Virus record (IMG/VR): IMGVR_UViG_3300035688_001178
From: an uncultured virus (IMG/VR IMGVR_UViG_3300035688_001178)
Lineage: Duplodnaviria > Heunggongvirae > Uroviricota > Caudoviricetes
DNA: 64,000 bases
Reading direction: 5' to 3' (one strand)
Positions within the stretch are counted from its first letter, which is position 1. Each line of letters begins with the position of its first letter. Positions 18,355-27,802 of the stretch are shown here, one piece after another. The notes below the pieces were generated by a model. It was not told the DNA's origin. It saw only the letters and a list, made by a program, of their open reading frames with translations, and searched no databases. The translations under genes were made by a program, and so were the position numbers.

Positions 18355-18588
18355 TCACTGGGCCTTGGTACTAGCGCACGCTACATAGACCTTGTGGCCT
18401 TCGAGTCCAAAGTGTTTGTAGTATTGACAGGGAGTACCCTTTCCATCAGCATCTTGACATTCCTTGTGAAGTTCAACTTCCTTCCCTGTTTTCGGACAGA
18501 CTATTCTAATGACTGCTCTAAGAAGAACCATATTGACCGCATACGTGCGTTTTACTACTATAAAACGCAATATAAGATTTGTGGTCAC
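18355..18588 (-). CDS. Cys-containing small protein (true start may be downstream of palindrome)
   Basis: CPKTG..C..C..C. Confidence 0.55.
   Translation of the reverse strand: MTTNLILRFIVVKRTYAVNMVLLRAVIRIVCPKTGKEVELHKECQDADGKGTPCQYYKHFGLEGHKVYVACASTKAQ
18548..18567. promoter_or_regulatory. palindromic site CGTTTTA-ctacta-TAAAACG
   Basis: Perfect copy; minus-strand TATA-like cttatat adjacent. Confidence 0.7.
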
Positions 18589-19835
18589 GGAGGCCCTACT
18601 GCTGTAACTTCGGTGTAGACTGTTACTCCTGCAGCTTGGTAGATCGACATTCCAACGACGTTGCCCTCTATTCTCTTCCAGAAAGGCCCATAGAACGCTG
18701 TCGGGTCTGGAACAATCTCCACCTGCACGTGCAGTATGTTCTCGATGTACTTCAAGTCGGGAACCCTAACCGTTAACGGAACCATTCCACTTCCAACGAT
18801 TTGTTTGTAACTTGCTTTCGCTATGATTCGCCTGTCTCTTGTAAGACCGACAATAGAATGCGAGTCAAAATACTGCAACAAAGACACAATGAGATCTTGG
18901 TGCTGAAGAACAATCCCATCCCTCAATACTTCCGCGATCGGTGAATCACTTATTAAACCCAAATCTTCCAAGATGTCTATGCTTTTGCTGTCGCGCACGT
19001 CTACAGCGTCGGAAAACATGATCGGGGGCTCTGAAACGTCCACAGCGACCGTTTTAGTGGTGATTAGAGCAAGAGCAGTTGCCAAATCATTGACGGAAAT
19101 GTCAATTTCTGCAAGTACAACAGACCGAATTAGATTGATGCTAGCTGAATCAAACACGGTTATTGATTCCAACACTTCGATGTTTCTGGTGACAGCCGTA
19201 GAAACTGAGTCTGACATCAGAATCAATTCAGAAGCCGTCATCGACCTTTGAATTGAATACGACACCAGTTCAGAAAAGACAATGTTCGGCTCTGACAACG
19301 CTATAGACCGACGTATACTTTTAGAAACTGCGTCACTCACTGTCAGACTAGGCTCTGTAACCGCCTTAACCCTCGTCGTTTGTGTTGCTACGCTGTCCGA
19401 AAACAAGACGGTTTCCGAGACTGCAATGTTCTTTTTTAAGTTTACCAGAATTGCATCTTGGACATTTATTGGGCTCTCACCTATCGCTATTGTCCGTGTA
19501 GCGCGTGTTACAGGCGCGTCAGTTACTCCTCCAAAACTTTCCACTGGCCCTCTGCTGAAGAATAGTCCTCTTAAAACCGCATCAGATACCGCAATAGAAG
19601 ACTCACTGATACTTCTAGACCTTGTAACGACAGGCTCCGTTGCATCCGAAACGGATATACTTTCAGAAGTACCTCGTTCAACGATTACCGCCCCCGAGTA
19701 CACTATCAGCGGAAGATTGCCTGGTATGCCCTGTGGAAAAGCTTTGTATCGAAGTTTCGCTGATAAATAATTGTCTTCAGGGTCACTGATACCAAGAACC
19801 AAAGCACCTGGCCATGCACCCACATCGTGAAGCAT
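18585..19835 (-). CDS. repetitive fibre/spike-like protein with C-terminal shared virion domain
   Basis: About 11 ~22-aa E-x-I-x-(V/F)-S-D-x-V repeats; C-terminal PDLKYIENILHVQ..GNVVGMSIYQ..VGPP shared with 51030 and 51398. Confidence 0.7.
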   Translation of the reverse strand: MLHDVGAWPGALVLGISDPEDNYLSAKLRYKAFPQGIPGNLPLIVYSGAVIVERGTSESISVSDATEPVVTRSRSISESSIAVSDAVLRGLFFSRGPVESFGGVTDAPVTRATRTIAIGESPINVQDAILVNLKKNIAVSETVLFSDSVATQTTRVKAVTEPSLTVSDAVSKSIRRSIALSEPNIVFSELVSYSIQRSMTASELILMSDSVSTAVTRNIEVLESITVFDSASINLIRSVVLAEIDISVNDLATALALITTKTVAVDVSEPPIMFSDAVDVRDSKSIDILEDLGLISDSPIAEVLRDGIVLQHQDLIVSLLQYFDSHSIVGLTRDRRIIAKASYKQIVGSGMVPLTVRVPDLKYIENILHVQVEIVPDPTAFYGPFWKRIEGNVVGMSIYQAAGVTVYTEVTAVGPP

Positions 19836-19844
19836 TACTAACCA

Positions 19845-20663
19845 CTAATTCTCAGCGGCAACTAATCTTCCGTAAATCATTCCAGTTGAAGTTGCTGAAG
19901 CCAACACCATCAGCGCCAAGCAAGCATCATCTAATAATCTTGGCAGATTAGCCATCTGCAAGACCAAATCTCTTTCTGTCCAACTGTTCGCGACCCAAGG
20001 AACACAAACGATTTCAGCAGCATTAAGTATTAGAAGATTTGCGACTCCAGCAGTCTTGGCTGTACCCAATTGGCAGCTTTGAACGCTTTTTACGCCATGG
20101 TCACCCGCTTGCAGAGCTAAGAAATAGCATCTATTAACAGGTTCTGCAGCTATTAAACCACCCACAAGAGTTGCTACTCTACCCGTCACATCATGTTCAT
20201 TGGTGTAAGTAACAGTAAAGGTGGATGCTGTCGCCGACGAGGCAGTGGTTATCTCTAAAACCAACAGATTGCCTATTCCGTCAGAGTGGCGGGATGGCGC
20301 AAGTGTCCCAGTGAATGTTTGTAGAGTGTTGACGGTGAGGCTGATTCCTCCAACATGCCAGAGCCTATCATAAATCATCAGTGTTCCCATAGTGCCTCCG
20401 CCAGCGCCGAAGCTAAGCATGTGAAGAGTTGCTGGCGATATTGGATTGTTTTGAGCCAGTGCACCAGCTATGTCTCTCGCAGGTATTTGCCCCTGTAGTG
20501 CAGGACTTGGGTCAACCCCAGCTCCAGGCATCCCCGCAGCGTTCCAGAGGCGATACCAAAAAGCAGCTACGGAAGTGAGTGAGGCTTTCTGAAAGAACTT
20601 AATTTGACCCTTCCCAGTGGTAAGCGCATTAATAATCTGGTCGTAGTTGGCGAAGCCTGGCAT
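19845..20663 (-). CDS. putative virion structural protein
   Basis: Beta-rich; LMIYDRLWH, VTYTN, LQAGDHGVKS pattern typical of phage minor structural proteins. Confidence 0.55.
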   Translation of the reverse strand: MPGFANYDQIINALTTGKGQIKFFQKASLTSVAAFWYRLWNAAGMPGAGVDPSPALQGQIPARDIAGALAQNNPISPATLHMLSFGAGGGTMGTLMIYDRLWHVGGISLTVNTLQTFTGTLAPSRHSDGIGNLLVLEITTASSATASTFTVTYTNEHDVTGRVATLVGGLIAAEPVNRCYFLALQAGDHGVKSVQSCQLGTAKTAGVANLLILNAAEIVCVPWVANSWTERDLVLQMANLPRLLDDACLALMVLASATSTGMIYGRLVAAEN

Positions 20664-21235
20664 CAGTTAATCACATCCACACTATCAAAATACTCCTTAT
20701 ACTTCTTAACTTTATTCTCCAACCGAGACCCATTGTGTCCACTAAGCTCAATCTCTACAGCAGTAACCCCACCATCCTTAACCTTCACCAAATCTGGAAC
20801 TGGAAATTTCCACAATCCACTAGGAATCACCTTATAGCCCTCAGCTCTTAACCTCGCTACCTCTGCCATAATCCGCGCATCGTGTTTTGACCTATCAACA
20901 ACAATGCCCTTCCTTGACTCAGAGATCTTGCGTCTCCATTCCTTAGAGAAAGGCGGACGCTTCCTACCTCTCAGATAGAGTCTAGGTTTACCCTTCTGTG
21001 CGAGACTAATTTTACTCTTCTTCTCATCCGAACATGGCTTCCTAGCATAGAGTCTCGGCTTACCTTTTTGAGCCTCTGATATTTTTCCCTTCGTCTCTTC
21101 ACTTGGAGACTTCCCTAAGTTTGTCTTCACTTGGTTTTTACGTAGACTAATCAAGCCTTCTTCAGAGACACCAGAAGCCCCAAATTTCAAACGCCGCATT
21201 TCCCACGATTTCTTAGTAGCTCCCAATGTTATCAT
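20663..21235 (-). CDS. NUMOD3-repeat homing-endonuclease-like protein with PD-(D/E)xK-type domain
   Basis: Three S(E/D/K)Exx(x)KIS repeats; PDLVKVK..AVEIE. Confidence 0.7.
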   Translation of the reverse strand: MITLGATKKSWEMRRLKFGASGVSEEGLISLRKNQVKTNLGKSPSEETKGKISEAQKGKPRLYARKPCSDEKKSKISLAQKGKPRLYLRGRKRPPFSKEWRRKISESRKGIVVDRSKHDARIMAEVARLRAEGYKVIPSGLWKFPVPDLVKVKDGGVTAVEIELSGHNGSRLENKVKKYKEYFDSVDVIN

Positions 21236-21271
21236 ATAACGTTAATGTCATAGTAGAATATAACCTTTACC

Positions 21272-21913
21272 CTAGCCTAATGTGAGTGTAACCGTCAATT
21301 TCAATACGTCATTTATCTGGAGGTCCAAGGATGTGAATGCTGATTCCGAGCCCAATGTTCCGCCAGAAACTAAGCTGAAGTTTCCGTAGCCTTTGATGCC
21401 TGTTACTGGACCAGCACTATTGTTTTTGAAGCCGCATATGACGACTGTGGTGTTTCCTCCAGCCGTGTGGGTGAAGCTTTCAGTTACTCCGTCCACGGAC
21501 CCTGTACACTGGTGCCTAGCTAAGCCAGTTGGAGTCGTGATTTCTGTGTTTAGCGTGGTGTCTCCAACAGCCGGTGTGAATGTTCCTGGATTACATATTG
21601 CGTAGTATGTTAAGGCTGTTGGCTGCGCTCCAGTCATGAACGAAGCGTTGTGAATGAGGTCTCTGCCACCGTTAGTCAATAGGTCATCTAAAAGTTTTTC
21701 TTCACTGTCAAAATGGAGAAGCCAGTCTCCGTAGCTTTCGGTTTTAGGGTTCCAACGCTTAACTTCGACCTTAAACTTGACTTTTATCTGTCGCAGTGTT
21801 TCGTCGATGCTTCTTTCTTTAGGAGCCCGCTGCATCGCTACTCTTACGGCGTCTCCGACTGTTCCCAAGTTCTCTGAAAGACCCCTACATGGACATGGTG
21901 CATCGTTACTCAA
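21272..21913 (-). CDS. phage tail/fibre-base-like structural protein
   Basis: LLTNGGRD..YYAI..GDTTLNTEI..GNFSLVSGGTL..DVLKLTVTL pattern. Confidence 0.55.
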   Translation of the reverse strand: MSNDAPCPCRGLSENLGTVGDAVRVAMQRAPKERSIDETLRQIKVKFKVEVKRWNPKTESYGDWLLHFDSEEKLLDDLLTNGGRDLIHNASFMTGAQPTALTYYAICNPGTFTPAVGDTTLNTEITTPTGLARHQCTGSVDGVTESFTHTAGGNTTVVICGFKNNSAGPVTGIKGYGNFSLVSGGTLGSESAFTSLDLQINDVLKLTVTLTLG

Positions 21914-22049
21914 TTGGAATCCTCTCCTTGCATTGAGGACATCTCACGATCATCTTTCCCTTGTCGTCTTTTTTAGTGACTTCTGCCTTACCTGTCCAGC
22001 CGCAATACCTGCATGAAGTGCCCACCCAGGCTATAGTTTTATCAGGCAT
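21906..22049 (-). CDS. 47-aa Zn-ribbon microprotein
   Basis: CRYCG..CPQC. Confidence 0.55.
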   Translation of the reverse strand: MPDKTIAWVGTSCRYCGWTGKAEVTKKDDKGKMIVRCPQCKERIPIE

Positions 22050-22093
22050 TTCACTTGCCCTCTAATAGTATTATGTCGGCCTAGATATAAAAC

Positions 22094-22357
22094 TTATAAA
22101 GTCTTTTGTCTTCCTTTCCTCAGCATGAATTTCAGACGCCGTTCGCATTCCTTACACGGATGCTCCGCGTGAAAAGACTCTTCGTCCAAGCAAGCCCAAA
22201 TACTGGTTATGTGAATCCCACATAGTGTACTTTTACGGTCCTTGGAAGCGTGAGCCAGAGCATGGCCACATGGCCTATGAAAAGTAATTTCAGGCACTAT
22301 CGGATTCCTCCTCTGACGTCTCCTTGGGCTTCGGTTTTGGCAGGATAGCTCTCGCAC
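22094..22357 (-). CDS. Cys/His-rich hypothetical protein
   Basis: LCG..C..CKEC; start uncertain. Confidence 0.5.
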   Translation of the reverse strand: MRELSCQNRSPRRRQRRNPIVPEITFHRPCGHALAHASKDRKSTLCGIHITSIWACLDEESFHAEHPCKECERRLKFMLRKGRQKTL

Positions 22358-22523
22358 ATTCTCTACAATAAGGCGCCTCTTTGCCCTTGCTTCTGATAGT
22401 GTATTTTGGTTCCTTAACTCCCAGAATCTTCCTGCACTTGGAACATCTCTCCTCCACGTAGATGCTGTCTGTTTGCTTCGGTTTTACAAGTTGCGGCTGC
22501 AGGAAAGCGTCAAGAGTGCTCAT
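22290..22523 (-). CDS. Zn-finger protein; N-terminal TLDAF PIP-like motif
   Basis: CSKC..CREC. Confidence 0.6.
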   Translation of the reverse strand: MSTLDAFLQPQLVKPKQTDSIYVEERCSKCRKILGVKEPKYTIRSKGKEAPYCRECARAILPKPKPKETSEEESDSA

Positions 22524-22752
22524 TATTCAAACTCCTATCTTCAACAATTTTGAGAAGAGCCTCGAGATCTTCCTTGGCCATTTTTGACCAATCGATTGAA
22601 ACATCGAATGCTGTGTTGAGACGGTCGGCCATGTCGCTTTTAGCTGACATACTCGGCCTCTGGTGAATGATAAAAATGATAAAGCCGATTGCGACAATGA
22701 GGTCGAAGAACAGAACTGCGTAATAGGCTTCACACATGCGTTTTAGCTCCAT
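22510..22752 (-). CDS. small protein with WSKMxxEDLE domain (paralogue of 55516)
   Basis: Similarity to ORF 55516..55929. Confidence 0.6.
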   Translation of the reverse strand: MELKRMCEAYYAVLFFDLIVAIGFIIFIIHQRPSMSAKSDMADRLNTAFDVSIDWSKMAKEDLEALLKIVEDRSLNNEHS

Positions 22753-23092
22753 AAACCGAACTCGAACTATTCAAGGAGAGGTGGGCGACATCGTTGATAA
22801 CAGGTCTGACCTCTACTGTGAGTTCTTCTTTTATCCAATCAAGACTTATCCATATCGCCGCGTAGCCACCCTCATGGGTCTTGCAGGCTATTCGTTCGTG
22901 ATAGAGAAAGATCTTGTGCGGAACATGAGGTTCAAGAATCGTTAAATGGCACTTGTCTAGAAAAGAGTGAAAGCCCATCATGTTCATGCAAACGTCGAAT
23001 GCTTTTGCCGGGCCTTCTTTTCTTAAAGCCTCTAAAACAGCGTCTTTCGTCTTCATTCTAAACATTTTATCTCTCCAACTCTGCCCTTCCAT
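22730..23092 (-). CDS. hypothetical protein
   Basis: Operon ORF. Confidence 0.55.
   Translation of the reverse strand: MEGQSWRDKMFRMKTKDAVLEALRKEGPAKAFDVCMNMMGFHSFLDKCHLTILEPHVPHKIFLYHERIACKTHEGGYAAIWISLDWIKEELTVEVRPVINDVAHLSLNSSSSVYGAKTHV
22739..22758. promoter_or_regulatory. palindromic site CGTTTTA-gctcca-TAAACCG
   Basis: 1 mismatch; spacer reads GGAG on minus strand just before an ATG. Confidence 0.6.
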
Positions 23093-23799
23093 CTGCGCGG
23101 CAAAAGAAAGTTCTGACCCTGCAACTTAGCATCCTCGCGGCTAACGGCTCTAGCCATAAACGGTATAGTACCTGCAGGCCATGTCTTCAACTCTATGCTA
23201 AACAAACGCTTTGGGAGTTCGCCTTCATTCACTCGCTCCAGTTCTATACAGAAAATGTCTTTTGCGTCCCAGCCAATTTGCTTCTTAGTGAAGACTGTAC
23301 TTGATGCCACCCTAGTTTCGGGGCTTAAGAGCATGGTCATGTTTTCCTTGTTGTAACCCTTTTCAATGTGAACGCCTACCTTCATTGGGCCCTCTCCGTA
23401 AGGAACCGTGATAAACATTCTTCCTCCAACCTTTAGGCTTCTGCCAAGACCATTGACCATTAAAACGGCATCTTGAAGCTCCAAATGCTCAAGCGTTGAT
23501 ATAATCAGTACATAGTCGAATCTGTTTGTCCAGAGAGGATATCTGCAATCGATTAGAACGAAGTTACTTCTAACTTCTCCATTCCAATAGAGTCCCGCAG
23601 CGGGGTCTATGTCGGCTGCTGTAACGTCGAAACCATGATTCGAAAGGTACTTGGCTATGATGCTGCCACCGCAACCCACATCTAAAACAAGGGCTGGCGA
23701 CTTCATTTTACTGAGTACCCAGAGAAGTTCGACTTTTCTATCAGGCGCCATATCTGGCTGAAGTGTCAGCAGCTCAGTCAGTTTTGCCATGTGTTTCAT
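23053..23799 (-). CDS. class I SAM-dependent methyltransferase
   Basis: VLDVGCGGS, AADID, FDYV..STLEHL, LKVGG..ITVP. Confidence 0.88.
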   Translation of the reverse strand: MKHMAKLTELLTLQPDMAPDRKVELLWVLSKMKSPALVLDVGCGGSIIAKYLSNHGFDVTAADIDPAAGLYWNGEVRSNFVLIDCRYPLWTNRFDYVLIISTLEHLELQDAVLMVNGLGRSLKVGGRMFITVPYGEGPMKVGVHIEKGYNKENMTMLLSPETRVASSTVFTKKQIGWDAKDIFCIELERVNEGELPKRLFSIELKTWPAGTIPFMARAVSREDAKLQGQNFLLPRRWKGRVGEIKCLE

Positions 23800-24179
23800 T
23801 TCCCTATCGCAATTATTTGGATCTCGGTAACAATAATCTTACCGCTAGGAGCCCTTGTAGCACGAATGATAGGAATTCCTTCCCAGGTCACGTGTTTCAG
23901 CTTCTCGTCGAGCTCCTCCCAGCTGTCAGAGGTAAGGTCGCTTGCCGTGATTGTCTTCTCTCCCAGCATATTCACCCCAAATTTTGCGGATAACCTGCTC
24001 AGGTCTTCTACTGATAGCATTGCCGCGCATATCCTGCAACATCGACCGCATCGCGCACATTTTAAGTACTGTAAAATACTGTCAACGTTTTCCAAGTATT
24101 TCTCGAAGTTGTGCTCTATGATGGTTCCAAGTTCTACATCTGAAAGGTGCAGTTGCTTTATTGCGACTTCCATTTGCAT
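23796..24179 (-). CDS. YkgJ-like CxxCxxCC metal-cluster protein
   Basis: CARCGRCC. Confidence 0.6.
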   Translation of the reverse strand: MQMEVAIKQLHLSDVELGTIIEHNFEKYLENVDSILQYLKCARCGRCCRICAAMLSVEDLSRLSAKFGVNMLGEKTITASDLTSDSWEELDEKLKHVTWEGIPIIRATRAPSGKIIVTEIQIIAIGK

Positions 24180-24208
24180 TTTATTCCCTCGCTTTTTTTC
24201 AAGACCCT

Positions 24209-24463
24209 TTACAGTTCTAGTTTTCCCTTCTCGCTAAGTTCTCTAAGGCGTTGTTCTGCTTGCTTTCTCTCAATCAACCTTTTCAGAGCCTTCTTGCAAG
24301 CGGTGCAGTTATCGTCACTATCGTCATCTCCTTGTTCTTTTTGCCCGTGATAGAATCCGTATTTACTGCAGAGACTCATACCATTTGCCAGAAAGTAATG
24401 TGCCTTGTTGCTTCTCGATGGAAATCCCCAACCTTCCTTAACTTCATTCATGCTTCTTGGCAT
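24209..24463 (-). CDS. Zn-binding hypothetical protein
   Basis: H..SLC..CTAC. Confidence 0.65.
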   Translation of the reverse strand: MPRSMNEVKEGWGFPSRSNKAHYFLANGMSLCSKYGFYHGQKEQGDDDSDDNCTACKKALKRLIERKQAEQRLRELSEKGKLEL

Positions 24464-24465
24464 TG

Positions 24466-24485
24466 CGTTTTATCTCCGTAAAACG
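24466..24485. promoter_or_regulatory. palindromic site CGTTTTA-tctccg-TAAAACG
   Basis: Perfect copy spanning stop of 24470 ORF and SD of 24209 ORF. Confidence 0.75.
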
Positions 24486-24718
24486 ACTACTCTCAGATCA
24501 ATAAAAAAGGCCTTCAATTCAGGAAGCGGGATGAATCCTTTTGCCTTGTGTATTCCTCTATAGCTTACTTTACAGGGATACACGAACCATTCCTTTTCGA
24601 GAAATTTAGCAAGTTCATCTGGTTTATCTTTCAGGTCTTTGGGGTATGTAACATAGAGGCGACTTGAATCACCATTTGACCACGTGCACCAGATAGGTTC
24701 AGTTTCTTCGTCTCTCAT
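24470..24718 (-). CDS. hypothetical protein bracketed by two palindromes
   Basis: GAGGAG SD inside upstream palindrome. Confidence 0.7.
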   Translation of the reverse strand: MRDEETEPIWCTWSNGDSSRLYVTYPKDLKDKPDELAKFLEKEWFVYPCKVSYRGIHKAKGFIPLPELKAFFIDLRVVVLRR

Positions 24719-24721
24719 GTT

Positions 24722-24741
24722 CGTTTTACTCCTCTAAATCG
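24722..24741. promoter_or_regulatory. palindromic site CGTTTTA-ctcctc-TAAATCG
   Basis: 1 mismatch; spacer is GAGGAG on minus strand. Confidence 0.65.
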
Positions 24742-24745
24742 AATG

Positions 24746-24928
24746 TTACTTAGGGCTCGTCCTCCTTGATTGCTCTTTGGCGACTTTCCGAGTGATTTCT
24801 GCAAGTGTAGGAATTTCGTAGTCTGTCGTGTCAATATAGTGAGCGTCCCCCAAAGTTGTATCTTCAGCAGGCACCCAAACCAAAACGAATTCCTGCTCTC
24901 CGATTTTCTTTCTTATGCCTTTTCCCAT
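24746..24928 (-). CDS. hypothetical protein
   Basis: Operon ORF. Confidence 0.55.
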   Translation of the reverse strand: MGKGIRKKIGEQEFVLVWVPAEDTTLGDAHYIDTTDYEIPTLAEITRKVAKEQSRRTSPK

Positions 24929-25125
24929 TTTCTTCGTTCCTCTAGTACTTTCTTCTCCCTCGCTCTGTTGGCTATAAACTTCTCAATCGCCTCAGCTACG
25001 GCCGTCATGTTCTTTGACAAGGGCAGGTCATGTCTTGTTTCTATTGCTAATCTGCATATTGGGCAATAAGTTTCGGATGGTGCTATCATGTTGCCGCAAT
25101 TCGCACAATGTTTATGGTTTTCCAT
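24913..25125 (-). CDS. Zn-ribbon protein
   Basis: HKHCANCG..YCPIC. Confidence 0.65.
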   Translation of the reverse strand: MENHKHCANCGNMIAPSETYCPICRLAIETRHDLPLSKNMTAVAEAIEKFIANRAREKKVLEERRKWEKA

Positions 25126-25147
25126 TGCATTTTACCCTAAACCGAAT

Positions 25148-25321
25148 CTAATGAGGGACTCGCGTCACATGACGCTGTAGGCATGAGTTGCAATCAGGAC
25201 AAGTCTTTGGGTTAACATCTACAGGAACCATTCCTTCTGATGTTACTAAAACTACCTGTTTTGGCGTGACGATCGTTTCACATCTCGGACAGTACCATTC
25301 AATTATCTTGTTCTTATTCAC
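25148..25321 (-). CDS. 57-aa Zn-ribbon microprotein
   Basis: CPRC..CPDC; GTGA coupling. Confidence 0.55.
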   Translation of the reverse strand: MNKNKIIEWYCPRCETIVTPKQVVLVTSEGMVPVDVNPKTCPDCNSCLQRHVTRVPH

Positions 25322-25659
25322 TTTAACTCACCTCTTGAACTGAAGAGTATTTTTTTGACTGTGGACTCAACCGCCCCTCGATCTGGGGGAATTCCCACTT
25401 TGTAAATAATTACTTCCGCACCACCATACTTCTCTAGGTTCAAATTCCGCGAGTGATCCCGCGTCTTGTCACGTCGTCTTTGAGTCGTTATTTCAAACAG
25501 TTTTATTGCGCCATCTTTGAATGCAATTATGTCGATTCGGCTGCCATTGGGAAGCACAACCTCTTCTCCAACGATCCACCCCGTAGCATAACAGGTTTCT
25601 TTGACTATTTTCTTTACATATTCGTGTTCTGCAGGTTCATGTCCTCGAATGTGCGTCAT
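25318..25659 (-). CDS. PD-(D/E)xK-fold nuclease-like protein
   Basis: HEYVK..EVVL..RIDIIA..LFEI. Confidence 0.6.
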   Translation of the reverse strand: MTHIRGHEPAEHEYVKKIVKETCYATGWIVGEEVVLPNGSRIDIIAFKDGAIKLFEITTQRRRDKTRDHSRNLNLEKYGGAEVIIYKVGIPPDRGAVESTVKKILFSSRGELK

Positions 25660-25822
25660 TTCACTTTCACCTATCTCTCTCTACCTAGCGCACCATGTGA
25701 CGCCGCAGACTTCACATTTGTACGCTTTTTGGTCTCCGACGTATGGGACCTCGAAGGTCTGATGTGTTCTCGTTGACCCGCAGCGAGGGCATTTCTTTGG
25801 ACAGTTTTCACACATTCTTATC

Positions 25823-27802
25823 CTAACCTCCCATCTTACCTTTCATGTTTGTTCGATAACTAAGAGTATTGCCCTCACGCTTCTGCTCAATATAGTTTCG
25901 GTTCACCATCCGCGCAAGATTAATCGAAGACGTCACCATACTGCCAACATTAGCGTAGCCCAGAAGCAACGGAAGCTTTTCTCTCTTGAACCATTCTCCA
26001 TCATGGTCGAGAAGCAAAATGAACAGCTCCTTCTCCTTCTTCGACATCAAATTCATCATCCGCTGAACACCGGGCAGATTTGTGTATGTTCCACTTTGAC
26101 CTGACGAAACAGGAAGAGGTGACGAAGGCCCTGGACTTGATTGAAGAGTGGATGAGGGGGGCCCTGTGGCTCGACGTGACCGCGTCGACGTCGGGAGAGG
26201 TCGATAGTCTTGTGAGTGCTCCTCTATTACTTTCTCGCTGACTCCCTCGCGGTGAAGTACTATCTTGAAGCCTTTGTCCATTATGCTGAATAGTCTTTTT
26301 CGATCGCGTAGGTACTCTTCAAGCGTCATAAGCACGTGGTTCTCTTGCTCTTCGGCCTGACTGTGCAGCAGTCTTGTTGTTCTCTGGAGCTCCTGGCGCC
26401 GGGATCCTCCTAGCCAGCTGACCTCGATTACCCGTTCGATGTCAGGAAGCGACATACCTTCATCTCCTACGCGCGACACAACAACTGTGCGATTCTCAAG
26501 AATTGTGGCCATATTGTCTTTTGTGGCGCCAGAAACGAAAGGAATAATTGCGCCAGGCTTTGAGAAGCGGGCAGAAATCGTTTTACCGACTTCGAGTGAG
26601 TCTGAGAATATTATTGTACGCATGTCTGTCTTCAGGAGAGAGTCAAGGCGCTTTAGCTTCGCTTCGAAGTTTTTGACGATCCACACGTGACAGGTTGGGC
26701 TTTTGATGAGGTTGAGTTTTTTGAAGTATTCCCAGCTGAGTCCTACTGGTTTGCCGGTAAGAGCGAACACGTATTCCTCGCGTCCGTCTTCTCGGAAAGG
26801 TGTTGCTGAGAGGCCCAGGGTGTATTTGCGCTTGAGGAATGCGAGTTTGACGAAAGTATTCGCGGGAAGGTGATGCTCTTCGTCGACTATTAGAGTTGTC
26901 CATTGTTTAGCTGCCGCTTTGGATATTGCACTTTGGTACGTCATTACTTCGTATTCGCCGAGTTGCAGGTCCGTGTGTGTTTGAATTCTTTCGGTCCATT
27001 GTTCCTTCAACAGTCTGGTTGGAACTACAACTAGATGTGGCGGCTTTAGATGTGTCATAGTCCACAGTCCGATGACGGTTTTGCCTGTTCCAGGAGGATA
27101 GTAGACTCCGATGGCACTGTACCGCATGAGCTCGTTCCACGCTTGCTCTTGGTAGTCTCGAAGTTGCCAGTCGCACTTGCGAGCCGTAAGATCGGCGGGG
27201 TCGACGGGTTTGATGCTGAAAGGCAGAACACCGTCCTTGATCATTGAGGCGATAAGGTCAAAGGCCCTTTTCGGATTGACGCGGATCTTCGTCTCGTCCC
27301 TGTCGTGTAGGAATGGGCGATATTTTTGCCAGGCGTACTCGAGTGCACCCTTGGACCCGTGGATCTCTTCTCCATCAAGAATCAATTCTGGCGGCGCCTT
27401 CCAGTTGAGTTGCCTCTTAATGGCTTCGGGGATCTCTCCTAGCCAATCCATGTAACGATTGATGAGAAATCGGTTGTAACTCTCTGTCGACCGGTCCATC
27501 CATCCTATTTGAATGTCAACAAACTTGGGAATGATCAGATACCAGGAGTCAGGCCTTCCGTGGACAGGCTCCAGATAGTAGGGCTTCTTAAAGAAGGCCT
27601 CGAGCTGATCAACGTCCAACTTGGAGGTTTTGATGCTAAGAGCGAAGTCAGCTACTTGCTGTTCAACGGCTTTGCGGGCCTCTTCAGTCATTCCGGTGAG
27701 CTCTTTAACGTAGGGAATCATGCCAACTAATTGTTTCAATAGAAACTGTAAACGTTCCTGATTGAGCTCTGCAATGCCGACTTTTTGTTGCGGTTCGCTC
27801 AA
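25823..27802 (-). CDS. superfamily 2 helicase (XPB/Rad25-like)
   Basis: LRDYQ, PGTGKT, VDEEHH, LSATP, DEGMSLP, QRTTRLL. Confidence 0.92.
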   Translation of the reverse strand: MSEPQQKVGIAELNQERLQFLLKQLVGMIPYVKELTGMTEEARKAVEQQVADFALSIKTSKLDVDQLEAFFKKPYYLEPVHGRPDSWYLIIPKFVDIQIGWMDRSTESYNRFLINRYMDWLGEIPEAIKRQLNWKAPPELILDGEEIHGSKGALEYAWQKYRPFLHDRDETKIRVNPKRAFDLIASMIKDGVLPFSIKPVDPADLTARKCDWQLRDYQEQAWNELMRYSAIGVYYPPGTGKTVIGLWTMTHLKPPHLVVVPTRLLKEQWTERIQTHTDLQLGEYEVMTYQSAISKAAAKQWTTLIVDEEHHLPANTFVKLAFLKRKYTLGLSATPFREDGREEYVFALTGKPVGLSWEYFKKLNLIKSPTCHVWIVKNFEAKLKRLDSLLKTDMRTIIFSDSLEVGKTISARFSKPGAIIPFVSGATKDNMATILENRTVVVSRVGDEGMSLPDIERVIEVSWLGGSRRQELQRTTRLLHSQAEEQENHVLMTLEEYLRDRKRLFSIMDKGFKIVLHREGVSEKVIEEHSQDYRPLPTSTRSRRATGPPSSTLQSSPGPSSPLPVSSGQSGTYTNLPGVQRMMNLMSKKEKELFILLLDHDGEWFKREKLPLLLGYANVGSMVTSSINLARMVNRNYIEQKREGNTLSYRTNMKGKMGG

